Origin: Camelus ferus
Lineage: Eukaryota
Length of the DNA: 64,000 nt
Assembly: GCF_009834535.1 (NCBI RefSeq)
Contig: NC_045700.1
Span: 48,856,001 to 48,920,000 of the forward strand
Reading direction: 5' to 3'
Below, piece by piece: positions 1 to 9,950 of this stretch. Below the pieces are notes generated by a model. It was given only the letters and a program-made list of their open reading frames with translations, had not been told where the DNA came from and made no database searches. Within the stretch, counting starts at the first letter, position 1; every line of letters begins with the position of its first letter. The translations under genes were made by a program, and so were the position numbers.

Positions 1-3000
1 ATCTGCACACTGCACATTTAAATAAGCTTCTCTGCTGATCCCTACCCACATAAAGTGGTGCTGGGAGCCAGTAATCTAAGGACATCCTTTAGCCAACATT
101 AGTCATAGTGAAGACACACTGATCTGCCCATTTTTATTTCTGTCCAACAAACTTGATTGAATGCCTACCATGTGCCAGGCATGGGGTGGTCCCACGAGCC
201 TCTCATTCACAAAGCTCTCAGGGAAAGGCCCAGCACACTAAACTCTTCTCAGGGCAGGGCAGGTTATCAGACATCCATAGATTTAGAATTCCTGTCCTTA
301 GGATCCCTTCTATCCCTACCTCTGTCTTGGGATAGAAGGATGCTGCAGAGAATGGCAAATCTTGCTTGAGAGAAAAGATCTCCCCTTTTTACCCCAGTGA
401 GCAAGAGCCTTTCTATCCTTTGGGGCTGTGGAGCCAAGAGTTTACATGTACTCAAGCGTCTCCAAGGGATAACACAATGGGACTTGTGGAGAGGGGTTGT
501 AAGAGGCTTCTCAGGAACAACTGTAAACATACAGAAGACCAGACCGCCACCCTCCATCACTTCTGTCTGCAGAAAAGAAGCTTGTTGTTCAAACGGGAGA
601 GAAAGGTAGTCATGGGGGTTGGGTAGGGGTGGCTGCTGTGGTGAGCAGGATGGGAGCGATTTCAAAGCATTCCTACATCAAACACAACCTGGCAATCAGA
701 TCCCTCTGCCGTCACCTCCTGCTGAGAACTCACAGCACTAGGACCCAGCGGGGCAAGTTACCCTCGGAAATCCATGACTTGAATAAGCAATAAAATCAGT
801 AAGACATTTCTCCCATATTCTGTGAATTTCCAGGAGACAAACTTTAAAGTCACTCAAAATATCATATATCTTTATACATATACTTCTCCCAATATCTTCC
901 AATATCTCCTTAGAAAATTATAGATTCAGATTTTCCTAGAGTATGTTTATTGAATTGCTAAGATCTGTGCCAGAAATGATTCCCTTATTCCTTTGGTTTG
1001 AGAATATATTTTCCACACCTAACCCTCATGTAACAAAAAGGTCTTACAAACTAGGTCCTTGGCAAATGTTTTTTGAATCTCAGCCTGAGACGACCAGTGT
1101 CTTGACTTCAACCTGAGCAAGTCAAGAAGCAGGCAGGAGTGGAGATGGCAACTCTGAGCCCCAAGGTGTAGAGTATGCCAAAGGCTGGGAGATTCAAAGG
1201 AGTAGAGAGAAGGGTGAACAGAATGTAGTTTTCTGTATGCAATTATTGGGGAACTGTTACTGGGTCTGAACAAATATTGAACATCCCACCCACCCACTCT
1301 TAACCCACAGCCTGAAAATAACACAGTTTTTAAAAATCTCATTCTCTTTCAGGACATTTTCTTCTCTTAGCAAAAGCTCAATCTCTAAAATTTTGCTTCA
1401 GGGAAATAGTGTGGACAGCTTATGGGTGCATCAAAGTCAATACTTAACTGGAACAGGAAGGATCCAACATTTGCTCCAAATGCTTAGCAGCAAAAACCTG
1501 GTCCTTGTTGCAATGAACACTGCCAAGTCACCAAGGCTGCCTGTTTTTCTTGAAACCTTAGAGAAAAGGCCCTTAATCTGATAGGTCTTGGTCAGATTCG
1601 CCAGTCAGGCTGGGTTTTCTGTCCTACATCCTGGGTTGCAGTCAGCTGGATGTCTTTCTCCAGAGAAGTTTACAAGGCCACTCTTCCTTCTTGACCCCCT
1701 AGGGCCTCTGGACCTCGAAGCTGAGATCAGATGTGTACCTTTTGAGAGTGGGTCTTACTGTTTTGAGCCAGGAGTGTGAGATCTGAGACGTTATACTGGT
1801 AAAAACTGGCCATTAAAGTCTAGCCAGCTGGTGGGATAAGGGGGCATTGTGAACTCAGCAGCATCTGATCTGCTGATTCTTTTGCATTAAGGATGCAGAA
1901 GGAGGACAGTGAAGAAATGCATCTATATTTGAAGCCTCAGCTAGCTCTGAAGAGCTCTGTCATTTCCCAACCAAGGTGCTAGAGAAGAGCCTTTACTTTT
2001 CTCTTTTTAAAAATTATTTAGGACCTTTGTCATGTGTTTGGGCTATAGGAGATAACTGAAGTAGCAACACCAAGTTTGAAGGGCTATTTCAGCACAAGAT
2101 TTTTATTTCCCAATTAAATCCAAGAACTTCAGCAGTGCAGGAACCCCAGACCCTTAGCTTTGTGCTCACTCCTAGGTGTCTACCCTTTACCCTCCTGGCT
2201 CAGTTTCAGCCTCACCAGTGGTAACACTTTTGGTGTGTGTTTATTTATTCACAAGTTCATATCCCTGTAAGGAACTGGCTCCCTGGTCTGTGATGGCTTA
2301 TTTTCCAGACTTCCTCAGAGTGGAATTTTAGGCAAGGGCTCAATCGTTCTTTCATGACAAGTGGATCAGTAAAAGAATAATAAAACCTTGGTCACCATAA
2401 TTCAGAGGCTGTAATAGATCAAGTTCTCAAGGGCACTTGATTAAGCCAAGAGTAGACTCTTTATTCACACAGTTTTAGGAAACCAACCTCTTTCATTACT
2501 ACTGTGTGTAAATAACATTTAATTTGTTATTTTTCCTACAGCCCCAAAGAGGGAAACATTAAAAAAAAATGTTCAAGGAAGCTGAAAAGTTTGTCAATGT
2601 AAAGCTTGCCTTTGTAATAATCCTTCTACTCTTCATTTCCTGTGCCAATAGCACTTTTATTTCCCGTCTCTCTATACTCAGTAAACAAAACCATATTATC
2701 AAGGGAAAGACGTGAGCCCATTAACATTGTGAGCCCTCAGATTTCACTCGCAAGAGACGACGCAGCACTTATCTAATGGAGCAGAAGCTTTAATTGCTTA
2801 GAGGTACAAGCCCGTCCAAACCTCTGAGATCTGACCGGTCCCTGGGAAGCCTTTGCGCCCTACAGCCAAGCGCCTCGAAGAAAGCGTGCACAGCACCGGT
2901 GCGTGTGCCAGCCTCCCAGGGAGGAGCACAGAGAGGGTTCCACCTCAAGGGCAGATTCTTTATTTTGACAGTGTAGACAGAGGGGGAAATCTGCTTAACT

Positions 3001-3323
3001 TCCCACAAGGCAGAAACTATCTTCTGTCCAAATCAAAACCTGGCACTCCAACACTCGCCCTTATGCCGCCACAAATGGAAGGAGTGGAAGAAGCTGGAGA
3101 GAATGCTGTGAAGTAAAGTGAAAATCTAGTCTAAAAGTGAAGATTTTGTGCCGCCCCAGGTACACAGCTCCTACAGCATAAAATTTAGTCCCAAGAGTCT
3201 GAGGGAGGGGAAAAAGAGAGGGGAAATTTAACATCTACTCCAGTTTAGAAGAGGGATAACACCAGTGCTACGAAAACTGAAAAAGCATAAGGCTCAAGAA
3301 AAAGGGAAGAGAAATAAATTTAC

Positions 3324-3700
3324 CTTCTCCGGAGAAGGCTAGGAGCGGTCCCCAAGGGCCGAGCTCCACGCTTCCTTTTAACCCTTTCCCCATCGCGGCG
3401 CCCACCACCCACTAGCCACCCATGATACAGAAGAACATCCCCTACATCCTCTTGTCCTCACCCGAGCGGCTAGTCCTGCCTCTCTGCCCCTACCTGGTTC
3501 AATACCTGTCCGGGGAGTAAGCGACCCGCGCTCTCGCCCCGCCCTTCCCCAGGCAGCCCCGGGCGGGGCGCCTCTCCTCCGGGCCTGGGGTCGTTGGGCA
3601 GTGACCTCCCGCCGGTTTGGCAAAGTTGGCGGCGGGGCAGGCGCGTGGAGCCGCGCGCCAGCCGGGACCCGAGCCGTGCGGGGACAGCGCCCATTGGCCG
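3324..3700 (-). ncRNA. Candidate first exon of the divergent antisense lncRNA (HAGLR/HOXD-AS1, mouse Haglr/Mdgt ortholog)
   Basis: Position only (known bidirectional HOXD1 promoter in human and mouse), plus good minus-strand donors CGG|GTGAGG (intron starts 3461) and AAG|GTAAAT (intron starts 3323). No sequence-level recognition of the lncRNA. Confidence 0.35.
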
Positions 3701-3747
3701 GCCGGCGCCACGTGGCCAGCCCCGCCGCTATATTAGGCCACTATTTA
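3693..3747 (+). promoter_or_regulatory. HOXD1 core promoter: inverted CCAAT box, E-box and TATA-like elements
   Basis: ATTGG 3693-3697, CACGTG 3709-3714, TATATTA 3729-3735, CTATTTA 3741-3747, all 135-190 nt upstream of the ATG. TSS inferred near 3755-3760. Confidence 0.65.
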
Positions 3748-3764
3748 CCCTCGGCTCGCTTGCC

Positions 3765-3791
3765 ATGGCTCGGCGAGGGCAGCTCGTGTAG
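3765..3791 (+). other. Upstream ORF MARRGQLV* in the HOXD1 5' leader
   Basis: gccATGg at 3765, TAG at 3789-3791; same frame as the HOXD1 ATG 117 nt downstream. Requires a TSS upstream of 3765. Confidence 0.6.
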
Positions 3792-3881
3792 AGAGGAAAG
3801 GCAGAGCGGCGCAGACCGCGGCGGTCCTGCCAGCCCCGCACCCGGGCCCGGCCAACGCGCTCAGGTGGGTGGGCCGGAGTC

Positions 3882-4527
3882 ATGAGCTCCTACCTGGACT
3901 ACGTGTCTTGCGGCGATGGCGGGGGCGGTGGCGACGTGCTCAGCTTCGCGCCCAAGTTCTGCCGCGCCGACGCCCGGCCCGTGGCCCTGCAGCCCGCCTT
4001 CCCCCTGGGCCGCGGCGACGGCGCCTTCGTCAGCTGCCTGCCCCTAGCTGCGGCCCGAGCGGCGCCTTCGCCCCCGGGCGCCCCTGCGCAGCCTCCCGCA
4101 CCGTCCCCGGCCGCGCCCGCGTTCGCGCCGTGCCCCCTGGAGGGGGCCTACGAGCCGGACGCCGCAGCTGCCGCGGCGGGGGCCGCGGACTACGGCCTCC
4201 TGGGGCCCGGGCCCGCTTACGACTTCCCGTGCGCGCTCGGGCGGCCGGCCGACGACGGCGGGGCACACGTCCACTACGCCACCTCGGCCGTCTTCTCGGG
4301 CGGCGGCTCCTTCCTCCTCAGCGGTCAGGTGGATTTCGCGGCCTTCAGCGAGCCCGGCCCCTTCCCGGCGTGTCTCAAAGAGCCGGCCGACGGCCACTCC
4401 GGGGCCTTCCAGACTGCTTCCCCCGCTCCTGGCGCCTACCCCAAGTCCGCGTCCCCGGCCTCCGGCCTCCCGGCCGCCTTCAGCACGTTCGAGTGGATGA
4501 AAGTGAAAAGGAACGCCCCGAAGAAAA
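3882..4527 (+). CDS. HOXD1: Homeobox protein Hox-D1, coding exon 1
   Basis: [10 protein letters not shown]...[26 protein letters not shown]...[23 protein letters not shown]...[14 protein letters not shown], including the PBX-binding hexapeptide FEWMK. Ends at canonical donor A|GTAAGT (4528), phase 1. Confidence 0.98.
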
Positions 4528-4886
4528 GTAAGTACTTGGGCCCTGGACCGACGGACCCAACTAGGTGTGGGGACGGAGTTTGCCCGGCGGAATTGCGCCG
4601 GGAGCTCGCCAAAGCTGTTTCTCTGGACCGCAGTTTGGGTTTTATGGGGAGAACGCGGTCCGGGCATTACTAAAGTAGGCGAATCACTTGGGCGTGCTCC
4701 GAGTGCCAGGTGTAAAGAAAACTGCATGAAGAAGCCCTCCGTGGAGCTTTTCTCCCAGCACAACTGTGTTCAGAGGCCCAGGAGGGCTGCGCGGTGACTG
4801 ATTCTCATGTAGCCCCAAGGATCAGATCCCCCGAGACCTGCCATCGCGTCCNNNNNNNNNNNNNNNNNNNNNNNNNNNNNNNNNNN
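4528..4886 (+). other. HOXD1: HOXD1 intron (3' end and acceptor hidden in the N-run; end coordinate inferred)
   Basis: GTAAGT donor seen at 4528. End inferred by subtracting the roughly 129 nt of missing exon-2 coding sequence (based on the recalled human protein) from 5016. Confidence 0.7.
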
Positions 4887-5015
4887 NNNNNNNNNNNNNN
4901 NNNNNNNNNNNNNNNNNNNNNNNNNNNNNNNNNNNNNNNNNNNNNNNNNNNNNNNNNNNNNNNNNNNNNNNNNNNNNNNNNNNNNNNNNNNNNNNNNNNN
5001 NNNNNNNNNNNNNNN
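4852..5015. other. N-run (164 nt) hiding the HOXD1 acceptor and most of the homeobox; one of nine N-runs
   Basis: The others are 14001-14148, 34804-34995, 35022-35185, 35910-36220, 47421-47560, 60547-60696, 61587-61757 and 61855-62006. Confidence 0.99.
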
Positions 5016-5221
5016 AGATAGCCAACTCACTGCAGCTGAATGACACCCAAGTCAAAATCTGGTTCCAGAACCGCAGGATGAAACAGAAGAAGAGGGAACG
5101 AGAAGGGCTTCTGCCCTCCACCACGCCTGTGGTTTCCCTCCAACTAACCGTCTCAGGAACGAGCCCCACGAAGTCTGGCAAAAACCCGGGAAGCCCTTCT
5201 CAGGCCCAAGAACCTTCATGA
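5016..5221 (+). CDS. HOXD1: Hox-D1 coding exon 2, visible part (homeodomain helix 2 end, helix 3 and C-terminus); true start about 4887, inside the N-run
   Basis: Frame from 5018 reads [67 protein letters not shown], with labial-class helix 3 and TGA at 5219-5221. Confidence 0.97.
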
Positions 5222-6015
5222 GGTTTAGTCATGAGGCTGAGGAACCGCGGCCTGCAGAATTCATAGGCTACCCACCTCTACCTAGACTTGCCAGCTCAGT
5301 TTGGAATGGAGGTGGGCATGGACAGAAATAATTGAGGTTTCATTTGGGAGAGGAAGTGTCTTAGTTGGCTTCTGAGTTCCAGACCATGGGTGTACAGATA
5401 ATAACTTGAAGTCTAAAGTCACTCATTTGTTTATTATTTGTGTCTTATCAGGGAAAAGGTGCCGAGCCACCAGCCCAGCCCTGCTGCTATGTTGCCTAAC
5501 TTAGTCATATGCAATTCTCACAATTCTTGAGTACAGAGTGGTAGAGCATTCCTTACTGAGCTCTGCCAACCCCCTGATGTGCTCAGAAGAGCAGCTACCC
5601 AAAGTTTTATCTGGTTTTAATTTAAAAGACAAGGCTATATGTATTCAGCTTCTAGAGTTGACCAAAGCTTGTTAGAGTTAGGGCCTCCTGGATGTAGCTA
5701 AGCTGCTTCAATGATGATCTTCATATTTGCACTACAGTTTTTTTTTTTTCTCTTTAAAAAGCGGTTTCTACCTCTCCATGTGCCTGAGTGAAGATACAAT
5801 CACTGTTTAGTTAGTAGCTGAACAAATCTGCAGGGTGGGTAGAGATCCTGAACCACACCTTGACTCCAGTTACTTAAACTTGAATGTAAATATATACAGT
5901 ATGTATATTTTTTAAAAGTTTGCTTGCAGTGAACTTACATGTGACATTTAATGTCATAGCATGTAAAGGATTTGAACTTTTTTTTGTAATAAAAATGACA
6001 GAATCTGCTATTCCT
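5222..6015 (+). other. HOXD1: HOXD1 3'UTR
   Basis: Follows the stop codon; AATAAA at 5988-5993, UGUA elements upstream and a U-rich tract downstream. Confidence 0.75.
5988..5993 (+). terminator. Polyadenylation signal of HOXD1
   Basis: Canonical AATAAA about 770 nt after the stop codon, followed by a T-rich downstream element. Confidence 0.7.
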
Positions 6016-9000
6016 TTTCCTTATGCTCCTTTCATTTTGATTATCTTTCTTTAAAGATGATTAGGTTTCTTCTATTTGGAACTTCTCAATTCTGCTATGG
6101 GAATTTGTTAGGTTGACAACTGTAAAAACAATACTTTTTAGAGGTTGTGTATGCAAACAAGTTGGGGACAATTTTCTGAACAGTTTAAGGGAGAAAAAAA
6201 ACCCCTACTATGCCCAATATCTTCCCAAATATGGAAGTATTTCCTTACCTTCAGTGCTCTACCTTTATGGCATATATAGATGGCACATGAAATTGAGGCG
6301 TCCACTGTGGGAGTGTTGTAAAGCCAAGGAGATATAGCAGAGAGATTCCTTGTTCTTTTGTCTCCTGCTCTCAAAAGGAAGAGGAAGGGCAACTTGAAGT
6401 CTGTGTTAGTTGGTTAGTGTTCTCTGAAGAAGGCAGCTGCACATCAAAAAGTCTCAACGTCTGAATTCCCATTTGCAAAGTGAAGAATTACAAAGGAGGC
6501 TGGGAGAGGCCAGTAGTCGGAGCTTTCCACTTCCTGTAACCCAGACTGAGCATCTAGCCTTATAAGAGAGCACAGAGGGGTCTTTTTGTTTTTAAAAATG
6601 AAATATTTTCAAATGAATTCTTTGGAAGAAGTACAAGCACAAAATTTGAAAGTTGGCAAGAGGACATGTGGCAAAAACCCTCAAACTTTGTCTCTCCACC
6701 CAGCCCCCAGTTCCCAACCCTGAAGGCCACCACGGTTGAACAGGCTTTTATGTAACCTTACATGAATTACTTGAAAAAGTGCAATGTTAATACACAAATC
6801 AAGTGGTTATTTGGGACAACTGTCAGGGCAGGTCATTTTTCTCAGTTTACAGATAACTATAGCTATATCCTTAAAATTCTCTGTATAATTCAAGTGAAAG
6901 ACTTGAAAGCCCAAAATAATTCAGATGAGAGCCTCAGCTCTCCTAGCTGGATTTCTAGATTCTCCTGTAGTACTTCAAACCCCAAAATTCAGACGTCTAA
7001 TAATTGTGGACGATTCCTTTTCCCATAAAACAGTAATGTGATTTATTTTCTTAGAAGATTGAAATTACACTTAAATTCCTGTCCTTTGCACTCCAGTTAT
7101 GTGGGTTTGAAGAAATAAAATTATCAGCTTTAGCAAACTCAGCTGATTAGGGGGAAAAGATACAACTTAGAAAGCAGGTCTCTCAATATTATTCTTATGT
7201 TTCACCCTCTGCCCTTCACTAACTTGATGCTAATCAGATCTTGTTTGAGACAACAGCCCCCCTCTGAGCTCTGTACTGTTTGAAAAGACTTGTTAAGGAG
7301 TGGTAATCTGCATGCTTACAGCTACCTCCCGGCTTCCCCTGCAGTGGTCTTTGACAAGACAATGTTTCCTTTTTGATAAGCATTCAAATGTACACCTAAA
7401 CAAAAAAATACCAACATGCTTGGTCATTTCCTTAATCTACCACCCTTTTCTCTGAGAAAATAAAGCTTTTCCTTTTGAAGCTACTACTAGCACTTAGCCC
7501 TGATGGATGTTTTCCCTGATGAAGGTGGCTATTTTGACATACGTATAATGCTGTTCTATGAATCAGGCCAATATTAGCTATTTTTTGACCAACCCCAGGG
7601 ATCTTTAAAAGCTTTCTTAATGCAGATCTCTATACAGCTATATTCAGTAGTAGGGAGAGCCCAGGCTGGAGATCAGGACGAACTAGGTGACCTCTAGAGG
7701 TCCCTTCCAGCAATGAAAATGCTACAGAAACAATTCAATGACTTCTGCCTATTTCATTTTAGGCCTATCTTTGGAAGACAGTTCAGTTCTAAGGAAGCAA
7801 ATGCAATTCCTAGGAGTAGGATGATACTGTGGTTATAAAGGAAAAGTGGATTTTAGACATTACTAAATACATCTCATCAGTGGAGATACCTAGCCCATGT
7901 GGATGTTAGTAGGACATTCTCCTTCACATTATTCAGAGTTTTGTGTTATTCTGAGTCAAATTTTCCATGAAGTATGATGGTTATTACACAAACTGTGAAA
8001 CTGCTAAAAAAAAAAAAATTCTATTTTATAAGATTATGAACCAAATATGCTAATTTACCCTCCAGTGACTCATTACAAGAATGAATACACAGTAGACAGT
8101 TCTGTCTGTTATATAATTAACTATTCAATGTTTCTTTGTCTTCACAGAATGACCATGTGTCTATTTTTCTGGATTGAGAATAGTTGGGAGTGAGAAAGAA
8201 GAAATAAAGCATTTAATAACATAAAAAAATTTCACTAGTTAACTACTAGCAAAGAAAGAACTTCTTGTTGTAAAACCTAAAGCAAACTTGCCTAGGTCCT
8301 CCAAAGATTAATTGTATGTGATTTATTCTGCCTCAATCTTAAATATGGTGAGACCTGGGACCAGAGGAGTTTATAGCCGATTATCGTGTCATCAGAAAAG
8401 GGGAGCAGGTTCGGAATTGCATTAACTCTGAAGCTCTTCATTATTTCTTATGTTCAAACAAATGCTCTGTATTTGCTGAATATTGAATTTGAAAGCCTCA
8501 GGACCTAATCAGTTTCAGAGAGATGTTTAATTTGACCACAGACCTCCCAATGAGAAAAATGCCCATTGTTAAAACTTTATTTGTGGTTTTAAAGTGAAAC
8601 CATACTGGACATATCTCACAAATAATGATAAATCTCCATCTAAGTAAAAATCAAGGTCTTCATGGTTTTGAATTCCATAGCGTATTTCTGGGGCATGAAC
8701 ATGCAACAAGTATACAAGATAGTATAACTGCTTCTGAAGTTACACTTTTTACACAGAAATATAATTTCAGTAGAAACTTCGAATTCAAGAGAAGAGGAAA
8801 GAAATCCTAAGTATTGGTATGAAAAGAAGGTCTATTAGACTGTAAAGAGTTAAACACTATCACTTCTACTTCTAATAGTCTAAGTGATACATTTAATGAA
8901 TATCAAGGATGGCCAAACAGTGCTCATTTGACTTTTAATATCTAATAAAGGTAGTCAGTGACATTTTTGAGGCATTTCTAGAGGGTTCTAGACTGTTTAG

Positions 9001-9871
9001 CACATCCCAATTTTAAAGGTTTTGTACAGCCTAAACTACAATTTGAGGGAAACTCTTTAAGAAAAAAACTCCAAAACCTCAAAGTCATGAATACAAAATT
9101 GCTAGGGCATCTTCCTGGACCTGAAGGGCCCAAGTTAGTAAGCTTAAGTTTCTTTGGGTTCATGGTAAATCCATTTCTGTCCCTTCCTGACATGGTTGCT
9201 CTGTTCCCACTACTCAGCCATTGCTTGTAAGATGACAGCAAAAATTACTTTTCTCCAACATCTTGGAGCCAGACTTCCTGTTTATTCCTATTCAAGTGCA
9301 TCAAAGAGCTGATGATGTGAACCGTGGCAGGTTGGGGCTCTGTTCTACGCTCTAAGCACCTCAACCTCACTCTGCTCTTCTGGGCTACTGGCGGGCTGAA
9401 TTATTTCTCTGCCTTGGAAGAGGAGCTCTGGCTCATCCTGGAGATCCTTTCCTGGTGTGTCTCCTTCTCAATGATACAAACAGAAGAGAAATACAGAGCT
9501 AGAGATGACACAGCTACACAACCGACTTCTAAGCATTACCTGGAAGGATGGAATCCCTGAGGCTGAGGTACAGGACTGTGAAAATAAGAATGCTGTTCTT
9601 AAGGGAGGAGACCTGGATTTTAGCACTAGTTCTGTTTTCCGATTAAAAGGGAAAATAACTTCCCCGGTCTCAGTTTTTCCTATAAAACAAAGAGGGTTGT
9701 TCTCATGATCATTACATTCTGTTATTACCTTAGTATTCTTCTGTATCCTTTACTCTGCTGATTATTACTGAAAAGTTGATTTAACAACGATGTAGCTCTG
9801 TAAGATTAGCATCAAGAGGCTCTTATTGAAGTAATATCTGAGGCCTTGGAAAGTTTATCTAGCTTTAGAGT

Positions 9872-9872
9872 T

Positions 9873-9925
<53 letters not shown>

Positions 9926-9950
9926 TGTGTATGTGTGTGTTGTATGTGTG
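9872..9950. repeat. Compound (TG)n/(TATG) microsatellite
   Basis: Directly visible; the source of the THTHTH ORF at 9812-10006. Confidence 0.97.

Larger units (their letters stand above)
3340..4851. promoter_or_regulatory. CpG island covering the HOXD1 promoter, exon 1 and intron
   Basis: Abrupt shift to very high GC and dense CpG relative to the AT-rich flanks; surrounds the HOXD1 start codon. Confidence 0.92.

Noticed and set aside
3378-3885. Cluster of 65-94 aa ORFs in the HOXD1 promoter
   Set aside because: CpG-island artefacts. Only the short ATG-initiated uORF at 3765 has a real start context.
4528-4673. C-terminal 48 codons of the 263-aa ORF 3882..4673
   Set aside because: Read-through into the intron past a canonical donor; the real CDS continues in exon 2.
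3869-4763. Long overlapping ORFs (3869..4531 plus, 4044..4763 minus, 4030..4266 minus)
   Set aside because: Stop-poor shadows of GC-rich HOXD1 coding sequence; low-complexity Arg/Gly/Pro products, no family similarity.
7689-7702. Perfect 14-bp palindrome GACCTCTAGAGGTC
   Set aside because: About four such palindromes are expected by chance in 64 kb.
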